NCBI GenBank assembly: GCA_963750895.1
Contig: CAVVSD010000006.1
Span: 1,443,525-1,507,524, forward strand
DNA from: an uncultured Solirubrobacterales bacterium
GTDB lineage: Bacteria; Actinomycetota; Thermoleophilia; Solirubrobacterales; Solirubrobacteraceae
Direction of reading: 5' to 3'
Length of the DNA stretch: 64,000 bases
Positions 28,334 to 36,209 of this stretch are shown here, piece by piece; within the stretch, counting starts at the first letter, position 1, and the number at the start of each line of letters is the position of its first letter. The notes below the pieces were generated by a model. The model saw only the letters and a list, made by a program, of their open reading frames with translations. It did not search any database and was not told where the DNA came from. The position numbers were made by a program, and so were the translations under genes.

Positions 28334-30136
28334 CTAATGCCGTGACGGCAGGCCCTGCGCCCGGTCCAGCAGCTCCAGCAACGTCGTCATGACGTCCTCC
28401 TCGCCCGACAGCCACGCGTCGTCGTCGTGCGGCGGGGCGACCCGCCCGAGCAGCGCCAGCAGCGCGGCGGGCGACGTGGTGAGCACCGCCCGCACGGCCC
28501 CGCCCGAGGGCGGCGCGCCGACGACCTGCAGGCGCTTGCCGGGCTCGGCCACGATGGTGATCGGCTCCTGCCCGGGCACGTCGACGGCGACGGCGAAGTC
28601 GCTCTCGCCGGTCCACGTCGGCCGCACGGCGACCGCAAGCGCCTGGAGGAGCAGCGCCGGCTCCGGCACCACGCCGGCGGCGGCCAGGTCGCCGAGATCC
28701 ACCGGGACCCGCCGCGACTTCAGCAGGCGGCGGAGCGCCCGCCGGGACCCGTGGACGCGCACGGCGCCGCCGAGCCGCCGCGGCGCCCCGCCTGCGCCGA
28801 GCGTCGCGAGCGCCGCCACCGGGCCCGAGAGGCGGAACGCCGGCTCGCCCGGCGCGTCCTCATCCTTCGGCGCGACCTCTCCCGTGCTCCCTCGCAGCGT
28901 GACGCGGTACGCGCCGACGCCGTCGAGATGGATGTCGTAGACGAGGCTCTCCCCCAGCGTGCGGGCGCCGTCGGGCAGCAGGGAGATCAGGAAGGCGCCG
29001 GCCGCGCGGATGTCCTCGGCGGCGAGCAGGTCGATCGCCCCCGCCAGCCACGCGACGCCCGAGCGACGCTCGGGGCCGAGGCTGTCGCCCTGCAGGACCT
29101 TGCGGTCCTCGGGCGCCACCCGCCGCAGCCGGGAGCGCGCCCGGCGGCCGGGGCTCATCGCGGCGAGGTTCATGGTGTTGCGCAGCGGGTCGAACGGGAT
29201 GACGTTGCCGCCCTCCTCCCCCGCGGCCGGCAGCGAGCGGGCCCGCAGCTGGGCGAGCGCGAGGTCGAACGGGTCCTCCCCCTCGTCGGCGGCCGCGGAC
29301 GCGTCCTCCGCACGCCGCTCGTCCGCCTGGTCGCGCAGAGCCCGGGCGATCTCGCCGAGCTCCTCCGTCCCGACACGACCCGCGCGGGCGACCGCCTCCC
29401 GCAGCCCGTCGCGTTCCTCGCGCACCGTCTCGAGCTCGGCCCGCACTGAGGTGAGCTCGTCGCGCGCCTCGTGCAGATCGCCGGCGGCGGCCTCGGCGTC
29501 GCCGCGCGCGGTGCGCAGCGCGGCCTGCAGCCCCTCCGTCTGGGCGGCGGACTCGCGCAGGCGGGCGAGCTGCTCGTGGAGGCCCGCGTTGCGGCGCTCC
29601 TCGGCCGCCTCGGCATCCTCGAGGTCCTCCCGGAGACGATCGCGCTCCGCCGTCACCTCGGCGAGGTGCGCCTCGAGCGCGCGCATCCGCTCGGCGAGAT
29701 CCTCGAGCCCCTGCTCGGCGCGCTTCGCGCGATGCTCGGCGAGCACGGCGCGGTCGATCACCTCGGCCGGGACCGGCGGCGCCTCGGCGGCGACGTCGCG
29801 CACCGGCGCCTGCGGCACGCTCGGGAGCGCCGCGGGGAGGCGGATCTCGGCGCCCGCGAGGGACAGCAGGAGCCCGTCCGCTCCGACGCCCGCGAGCGCG
29901 GGCGGCAGGTCGAACGCGGCGTGGAAGGTCGACGGGTCGCCGGACGCACGGGGAGCGAGTGCCGGGACGACGTGGCGCTGGTCACCGTCGTCGACGACGA
30001 GGATCGGCGCCGCGTCCGAGGGCGCATCGCGCCAGGTCCCGTGGACCGTGATGCGGACCGATCCGCCCCCGCCGAGACCGCGCACCACCGATGCGACGGC
30101 GACGGGCTCACTGTCCCTCGGGGCCTCTGGCTCCAC
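28334..30136 (-). CDS. Hypothetical coiled-coil protein, paralogue B (same architecture as 26378..28267)
   Basis: 600-aa intact ORF (GTG start). The C-terminal 283 aa are closely similar to the tail of the flippase gene, including an LRNTMNLAAMSPGRR stretch that is identical in both. Confidence 0.7.
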   Translation of the reverse strand: MEPEAPRDSEPVAVASVVRGLGGGGSVRITVHGTWRDAPSDAAPILVVDDGDQRHVVPALAPRASGDPSTFHAAFDLPPALAGVGADGLLLSLAGAEIRLPAALPSVPQAPVRDVAAEAPPVPAEVIDRAVLAEHRAKRAEQGLEDLAERMRALEAHLAEVTAERDRLREDLEDAEAAEERRNAGLHEQLARLRESAAQTEGLQAALRTARGDAEAAAGDLHEARDELTSVRAELETVREERDGLREAVARAGRVGTEELGEIARALRDQADERRAEDASAAADEGEDPFDLALAQLRARSLPAAGEEGGNVIPFDPLRNTMNLAAMSPGRRARSRLRRVAPEDRKVLQGDSLGPERRSGVAWLAGAIDLLAAEDIRAAGAFLISLLPDGARTLGESLVYDIHLDGVGAYRVTLRGSTGEVAPKDEDAPGEPAFRLSGPVAALATLGAGGAPRRLGGAVRVHGSRRALRRLLKSRRVPVDLGDLAAAGVVPEPALLLQALAVAVRPTWTGESDFAVAVDVPGQEPITIVAEPGKRLQVVGAPPSGGAVRAVLTTSPAALLALLGRVAPPHDDDAWLSGEEDVMTTLLELLDRAQGLPSRH

Positions 30137-30178
30137 GAGAGAACTGTATGTGGCGGAACGGCCGCCTGCGAGGGGTGA

Positions 30179-30352
30179 CTAGGCCGAAGCCGAGTCGCCG
30201 CGACGGGAGGAGAACAACAGGGCGCCAACGACGAGCACGAGCAGCCCGCCGATGCCGGCGAGCGCGCGGGACGGGAGCTTGCCGCCGTACTTGCGGCTGA
30301 CGTAGAACCTGCCGCCCTTCCAGACGGCCATGCCGAGCAGTCGATAGAACAT
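30179..30352 (-). CDS. Small (57 aa) single-pass membrane protein
   Basis: MFYRLLGMAVWKGGRFYVSRKYGGKLPSRALAGIGGLLVLVVGALLFSSRRGDSASA. GAGGA lies 5 nt upstream of the ATG. It sits between the flippase and paralogue B. Confidence 0.5.
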   Translation of the reverse strand: MFYRLLGMAVWKGGRFYVSRKYGGKLPSRALAGIGGLLVLVVGALLFSSRRGDSASA

Positions 30353-30383
30353 TGTCCTCAAACGTACCCCGGGCAGCGGCGGG

Positions 30384-33065
30384 CTATCCGCCCGGTGCGA
30401 CCCCGGCGGCCAGGCCCTGCGCGCGGTCGAGGAGCCGCAGGAGACGGCGGACCGCCTCCTCGTCGCCCGTCATCCACGCGTCGTCCCCTTCGGGCGCCGG
30501 TGCGGCCCCGACGAGCGCGAGGAGCGCGGGCGGCGTCGCGCCGATGACGGCGCGGACGTCGCCGCCCGAGGGCGGCGCCCCGACGACGTGCATGCCGCTG
30601 CCCGGCTCGGCGACGACCGTGATCGGGTCACGGTCGGGGCAGTCCACGACGACGGCGAAGCCGTGTCGCCCGATCCAGCGCGGCTCGACGCTCGCCGCGA
30701 CCGTCCGCAGGAGCAGCGAAGGGTCCGGTACCGGCCCGGCGGCGCCGGCGAGGTCGCTCAGCTCCACCGGCGGCCGGCGCGCCTCCACGAGCCTGACCAT
30801 CGCGGTCTGCGACCCCCACGTGCGCGCCTCGGCGAGCCGCCGCGGCGCGCTTCCCGCGCCCAGCGGCGCCAGGGTGGCGACGGAGCCGGCCACCCCGAAC
30901 GCGGCGCCGTCGCGACGCCCGTCCGCCACGGCGGCCACCGACCCCGCGCCATCGCGCAACGTCACCCGGTGGACGCCGAGACCCTGCAGGTCGATGTCGT
31001 AGACGAGCTCGCCGTCCAGTGTCCGCGCCGCATCGGGCAGCAGCCCGAGCAGCAGCGCGCCCGCGGCGTCGGCGTCCTCCTGTGCCAGCCGCCCGATCGA
31101 GCGCGAGAGCCACGGGCCACGCGCCGCCCGGGCCGGCACGAGCGCCCGCTCGACCGGCCGGCGATCGCCGGCGGGCAGGCGGCGGAGCCGCGATCGCTCC
31201 CGGCGGCCGGGGCTCATCGCCGCGAGGTTCATCGTGTTGCGCAGGGCGTCGGGCTGAGGGCCCGTTCGCAGCCACGCCAGCGCGAGATCGAGCCCGTCGG
31301 CGCCGACGAGCCCCTCGCGCATTCGCGCGCCCTCCGCGCGGGCGGCGTCCAGCTCACGCCGCGCCCGGCGCAGCGACGCCTCCAGCCCCGGATCGACGCC
31401 GCCTGCCTCCCGCTGGCGCGCCAGCTCCCGCGCGAGCTCCGCGACCCGCCGCCGCGCGACGTCGTGACGCTCGTCCGTCGCGAAGGCGGACACCGCCTCG
31501 GGCAGCGCCGCCGCGGGCGGAGCCGGCTCGCCGGGCGCCCCGGGGACGATCTCGTCGAGCCGCTCGCCGCGACGCAGCGAGCGCAGCGCGCCGGCGACCC
31601 TGGACGGCCCGACCTGCGCCACGCCGACGGCGACGGCGAGCGCCAGTCCGACGGACAGCCCGGCCGCGAGCCGCAGCGCGCCGGGCTCCACGACGAAGAA
31701 GACGGCGGTCATCCACGCGATCGCGGGCACCGAGCTGAGGATGGGCACGAGCACGCCACCGCGAAGCAGCGGCCCGATGCCGAGCCCCGTCGCACGACAC
31801 GCCAGCGGCAGCCTGGCCGGCGCGATGAGCGCGCTCGTCCCCAGGCTCCCGAGCGCAGCGCCGATCGCGCCGTACCGGGACACGAGCACGATGGACAGCG
31901 CGACGTTCGCGACGCCCTCGAACACCGCGAGCCGCGCGATCGTCCGCGCCCGGCCGAAGGCGATGAGGACCTTCTCGGCGGGCGCCGTCGTGAGCCCGAC
32001 GGTCTGCACGACCATGAGCACGCTGACGATCGACGCGGTCACCGCGGGCGCGCCGCTCCCCAGCCACGCATCGACCGCGTCGTGCGCGAAGACCGCGATC
32101 CCGAAGGCGAGCGGCAGCGTGATCTGCAGCGCCACGCGGGTGGCGAGGCTGAACCTCCGGCGCACCTCGTCGTGGAAGCCGCGCGTCCGCAGGTCGGCCA
32201 CCATCGGCAGCAGCAGGTCGATGAGCGGCAGGGTGAAGCTCTGCAGGCCCGACTGGAGGCGCACCGCCGCCGCGTACGGCGCGGCCTGGACGGCGCCGCG
32301 CACGGCCGCGATGACCACCGTGTCCATCCGCTGGCCGACGAAGGTCATGCTGTCGGCGAGGAGGACGAGCGTGCCGAAGCGCCACATGCCCTTCGCCGCC
32401 TCGACCGACCCGCGTGGCGGGAGCAGGACGACGCGCTGGGCGCGGCGCAGGAGCCACCCCATCACCAGGCCGCCCAGGACGAGCGAGCCGCCGTACGCGA
32501 TCGCGACCCCGATGACCCCGGCCCCGGTCTCGACGGCCAGCACCGCGCCCGCGGTGAACCCCACGCTCGAGACGACCCCGCCCACGCTGTAGAGGTCGTA
32601 GCGCTGCACGGACTGCAGCGCGGCGGCGTACGCCCAGGTCGGGAAGACCACGAGCATCGAGACGCCGAGCACCACCATGCCGACCGTGAAGTCGTGCCCG
32701 TAGCCCTCGGCGGCGAGACCGGGCAGCAGCACCCCGGCGAGCAGGGACACGACGGCCGCCGCGACGCCGAGCACGCCCAGGATCAGGACGGATCCGCCGA
32801 GGGACGCAGCGAAGGCCTCGCGGCGACCGGCCGCGTGCTGGTCGGCGAGCACCTTCGTGAGCCCGGCCGCGAAGCCGGTGAACACGAGGGTGAAGACCAT
32901 CGTGAACGTGAACATCACGGCCCACGTGCCGAACCCGGGCTCCCCGAGGCGCACGTAGAGGTAGGGCGTCAGGACGAGCAGCGTCAGCGCATAGAGCCCG
33001 CGTGCCCCGTAGGAGCTGAGCGCGTTGCGCGCGAACCTGGCTCCCTCGCGGCGGTCCTTCTGCAT
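30384..33065 (-). CDS. MOP-superfamily polysaccharide flippase (Wzx-like, ~480 aa, ~14 TM) fused to a ~400-aa cytoplasmic extension ending in the shared ~280-aa module
   Basis: The N-terminal part is hydrophobic throughout with polysaccharide-biosynthesis-protein-like spacing. From about residue 500 there is a linker and short coiled coil, then the module (30384-31244). Confidence 0.75.
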   Translation of the reverse strand: MQKDRREGARFARNALSSYGARGLYALTLLVLTPYLYVRLGEPGFGTWAVMFTFTMVFTLVFTGFAAGLTKVLADQHAAGRREAFAASLGGSVLILGVLGVAAAVVSLLAGVLLPGLAAEGYGHDFTVGMVVLGVSMLVVFPTWAYAAALQSVQRYDLYSVGGVVSSVGFTAGAVLAVETGAGVIGVAIAYGGSLVLGGLVMGWLLRRAQRVVLLPPRGSVEAAKGMWRFGTLVLLADSMTFVGQRMDTVVIAAVRGAVQAAPYAAAVRLQSGLQSFTLPLIDLLLPMVADLRTRGFHDEVRRRFSLATRVALQITLPLAFGIAVFAHDAVDAWLGSGAPAVTASIVSVLMVVQTVGLTTAPAEKVLIAFGRARTIARLAVFEGVANVALSIVLVSRYGAIGAALGSLGTSALIAPARLPLACRATGLGIGPLLRGGVLVPILSSVPAIAWMTAVFFVVEPGALRLAAGLSVGLALAVAVGVAQVGPSRVAGALRSLRRGERLDEIVPGAPGEPAPPAAALPEAVSAFATDERHDVARRRVAELARELARQREAGGVDPGLEASLRRARRELDAARAEGARMREGLVGADGLDLALAWLRTGPQPDALRNTMNLAAMSPGRRERSRLRRLPAGDRRPVERALVPARAARGPWLSRSIGRLAQEDADAAGALLLGLLPDAARTLDGELVYDIDLQGLGVHRVTLRDGAGSVAAVADGRRDGAAFGVAGSVATLAPLGAGSAPRRLAEARTWGSQTAMVRLVEARRPPVELSDLAGAAGPVPDPSLLLRTVAASVEPRWIGRHGFAVVVDCPDRDPITVVAEPGSGMHVVGAPPSGGDVRAVIGATPPALLALVGAAPAPEGDDAWMTGDEEAVRRLLRLLDRAQGLAAGVAPGG

Positions 33066-33141
33066 CAGTCCGGGAAACGGTATAACAGGAGGACCCGGTC
33101 CGGATAGGGCGGATCAGCAGCCAGGACGGCAAGGGAGCGCG

Positions 33142-33987
33142 ATGAGGCCAGCGACGGCAGAGACGACCCCGGTGGTGACGATCGTCGTCGTCGCGCACTC
33201 CGTCCGCGACGAACTGGAGCGCTGCTTCGCCTCGATCGGCCGGTACGCGGGCGTCCCGGTCGAGACGATCCTGGTCGACAACGCCTCCGACGACGACACG
33301 CTCGCATGGGTCGCCGAGGCACACCCGGAGGTCGCCGTCGTCGAGCTCGCCGAGAACGTCGGCGTCGCCGCACGCGACCACGGACTGCGGCGCGCGCGCG
33401 GCCGGTTCACGATGTTCCTGGACTCCGACGCCGCGCTGACCGCCGGGGCGCTCCCGGCGATGGTCGAGGCGATGGACGCCCACCCCGGCTGGGGGCTCGT
33501 CGGACCGCACCTCGTCGGGGACGAGGGCGAGCACCAGTTCTCCGCGCGGCGCTTCCCGCCGGTGCTCCTCCCCATCCTGCGCCGTCCGCCGCTCGGTCGG
33601 TTCTTCGAGCACCGGCGCACCGTCCGCCACCACCTCATGACGGAGATCGACCCGGCGCGGACCCGCGAGGTCCTCTACGTCCTGGGCGCGTGCCAGCTCT
33701 TCCGGACGTCGCTGGCGACGACCGCCGGCCCGTTCGACGACCGGGTGTTCCTCGGCTGGGACGACGCGGACTGGTGCATCCGCATCCGGGACGCCGGCGG
33801 CGCCGTCGTCTACTTCCCGGCGGCGACGGTCGTGCACTCCTACCGGCGGCTGACGAAGCAGCAGCCGGTGTCGCGCGCCGCGCTGCGCCAGCTCCGCGCC
33901 CACCTGCTCTTCCAGCGCACCTACCTGCTGCGACGCCCCGAGCTGGTGGCCCTGCAGCGGAGGCTCGACCGCCGGTGGGCCGCGTGA
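33142..33987 (+). CDS. Family 2 glycosyltransferase
   Basis: VVTIVVVAHSVRDELERCFASI...ILVDNASDDDT...FLDSDA (DXD). GGGAG lies upstream of the ATG at 33142. Confidence 0.8.
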   Translation: MRPATAETTPVVTIVVVAHSVRDELERCFASIGRYAGVPVETILVDNASDDDTLAWVAEAHPEVAVVELAENVGVAARDHGLRRARGRFTMFLDSDAALTAGALPAMVEAMDAHPGWGLVGPHLVGDEGEHQFSARRFPPVLLPILRRPPLGRFFEHRRTVRHHLMTEIDPARTREVLYVLGACQLFRTSLATTAGPFDDRVFLGWDDADWCIRIRDAGGAVVYFPAATVVHSYRRLTKQQPVSRAALRQLRAHLLFQRTYLLRRPELVALQRRLDRRWAA

Positions 33988-34800
33988 CGGACCCCACCGT
34001 CTCGGTGGTGATCGTGGCGTGGAAGGCGCGCGAGGACACCCTGCGCTGCCTCGCCTCGCTGCGCGAGCACGCCGGCGTCCCCTACGAGGCGATCGTCGTC
34101 GACGACGGCTCGGAGGACGGCACGCCCGAGGCGGTGCGCGCCGCGTTCCCCGAGGCCACGGTCCTGGCCCGCCGGCCGAACGCCGGGCTCGTCGCCGGGC
34201 GCAACGCGGCGCTGCCCCACGTCCGCGGCGCCTACGTGCTCATGCTCGACGCCGACACCGAGGTGCGGCCCGGCGCGATCCCGATGCTCCTGGGGGCGCT
34301 CGAGCGCGACGACCGCATCGGGCTCGTCGCGCCGCGCCTCGTCCACCCCGACGGCACGCTGCAGCTCTCGTGCCGGCGCTTCCCGCCGTTCCTCATCCCG
34401 CTCATGCGCCGCGGCCCGTACGCGCGCCTGCACGACGACCCGCCGCTGCACCGCTGGCACATGATGAAGGACTACGACCACCGCACCGAGCGGCCCGTCG
34501 CGTGGGTGATCGGCGCCGCGCAGATGTGGCGGGCCGACCTCCGCGCGGCGACTCGGGCCCTACGACCGCCTCGTGTCGTCCTACGGCGGCGAGGACCTCG
34601 ACTGGTGCCTGCGCGTGTGGGACGCCGGGCTCGAGGTCCGCTACGTGCCCGACGCGGAGGTCATGCACGTCTTCCAGCAGGCGACGCGCCGCTCGCCGTT
34701 CGGGCGCAAGAGCCTGCGCGCCCTGCGCGACTGGTACTACCTGCAGTGGAAGCACCGGTCGCTGCGCCGCGACCGGCGGCTGCTGCAGGCGAACGCCTGA
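33984..34800 (+). pseudogene. Family 2 glycosyltransferase with one frame change
   Basis: The GTG at 33984 overlaps the upstream stop (GTGA). VSVVIVAWKAREDTLRCLASL...IVVDDGSEDGT...MLDADT is in the frame of ORF 33306..34898. LGPYDRLVSSYGGEDLDWCLRVWDAGLEVRYVP... is in the frame of ORF 34573..34800. An extra base appears near 34551. Confidence 0.75.
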
Positions 34801-34803
34801 CGG

Positions 34804-36195
34804 CTAGGTCTTCGCGCGACCGGAGGTCGCGACCACGCCGCCCCCGCCCCCGGCGTGACGCCCGGGCTCCGCGGTCCACGGCGCCTGCACCTTGTTGAGC
34901 ACGACGCCGGGCGGCCAGGCGCCGACGAGCCACAGCTGCCGCCGCGCCGCGGCGACGCTCGAGGTCGTGCTCCGCGACGGATCGACGACGAGCAGCGTCC
35001 GCTCCGCGCGGGACGCGAGCAGGAGGCTGTCGGCGTGGCCCTCGACCGGCGGACCGTCGATGAGGACCCAGTCGTGGGTCTGCAGGAGGTGGTCGACGAG
35101 CTCGGAGAAGCGCTCCGGGCGCAGGCGCGCCGCGGCGTCCGACGGCGCGGGACCCGCTGGGATGACGGTCGCGCCGGATGGGTCGATGCCCACGGCGATG
35201 TCGTGCACCGTGCCGGTGCCGGCCATGAACTCCGCGAGGCCGAGCATCGGCTCGGTGTGCGAGCCGGCCAGGATCGGACCCGCCCCCGAGCGGCGCAGGT
35301 CCGCCTCGATGACGGCGACGGTGTCCCCGTCCCCGCGGATCGCACGGGCGAGGCCCGACGTGACCGTGCTCTTGCCCTCGCCGGGGCGCGCACTGGTCAT
35401 GACGACGGTCCGCGCCGGCTCTCCGGCGAGCTCCAGGTTGAGCTTGAGCAGCCGGAAGGCCTCGGCTCCCACGGCGTCCCGCGGCCCGCGGGTGAGCGGC
35501 ACCCGCCCGAGGATCGACATGTCCAGCAGCGTCTCGTCCGCGTCGGTGATGCGCGGGTGCTTGTCCAGACGATCGACGAGCAGTGCGACCACGCCCGCGA
35601 TGAGCGCGGACAGCAGCACGCCGAGCCCGATGTACAGCGGCACGTTCGGGCGGGCGGGATCGGTCGGCGCCGCGGCCGTCTCCACGAGGGTCGCCTTCGA
35701 GGGCGCGCTGTTCTGCGCCTGGAGCGTCGCCACGTGGGAGACGAACCCGCGCGCGTACACGTTCGCGGTGCGGGCCGCCGCCTCGGGCGTGCTCCCCTCC
35801 GCCGTGATCTGCAGCAGCCGCGTCTGCTCCACCGGCGCGAAGCTCATCCGCCCCAGCAGCTCCGTGCGCGACGGACGGCCGGGCAGCTCGGCCCGCACGC
35901 GATCCGCCACCGTGGCGCCGCTCGCGAGCGCCGCGTAGGTGCGCGCGATCTGCTGGCCGAAGTTCGTGTCGACGTTCTCCGCCTGATCGGTCTCCTGACC
36001 GCCGACGTAGATCGTCGCGGTCGACTCGTAGACCTTCGGGAGCGAGAGCGTGGCCAGGACCACCGCCGCGACGGCCACGACGAACATCGCCAGGAAGGCG
36101 ACGCGGCGGCGCCAGACGACGGCGAGGAGGTCCTCGAGATTCACGCTTCTCCCTCCGGCATCATTAGAGTCCATTTTACGGACTGTTGGGCTCAC
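34804..36195 (-). CDS. Polysaccharide co-polymerase (Wzz-type, 2 TM) fused to a BY-kinase-like P-loop ATPase
   Basis: The N-terminal chain-length-determinant region lies between two TM segments. Walker A SARPGEGKST, A' VIEADLRR, B VLIDGPPV. There are no tyrosines in the last 60 residues. Confidence 0.8.
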   Translation of the reverse strand: MSPTVRKMDSNDAGGRSVNLEDLLAVVWRRRVAFLAMFVVAVAAVVLATLSLPKVYESTATIYVGGQETDQAENVDTNFGQQIARTYAALASGATVADRVRAELPGRPSRTELLGRMSFAPVEQTRLLQITAEGSTPEAAARTANVYARGFVSHVATLQAQNSAPSKATLVETAAAPTDPARPNVPLYIGLGVLLSALIAGVVALLVDRLDKHPRITDADETLLDMSILGRVPLTRGPRDAVGAEAFRLLKLNLELAGEPARTVVMTSARPGEGKSTVTSGLARAIRGDGDTVAVIEADLRRSGAGPILAGSHTEPMLGLAEFMAGTGTVHDIAVGIDPSGATVIPAGPAPSDAAARLRPERFSELVDHLLQTHDWVLIDGPPVEGHADSLLLASRAERTLLVVDPSRSTTSSVAAARRQLWLVGAWPPGVVLNKVQAPWTAEPGRHAGGGGGVVATSGRAKT

Positions 36196-36209
36196 GTCCA
36201 GCCCCGCAC

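Noticed and set aside
22733-30136. Idea that the two large ORFs upstream of dnaE form an ImuA/ImuB-DnaE2-type mutasome cassette
   Set aside because: The polymerase has the full-length DnaE1 PHP start (HLHVHSEYSLLDGA) and is about 1190 aa. The upstream proteins show coiled-coil and tail-module features, not Y-family polymerase (ImuB) or RecA-like (ImuA) motifs.
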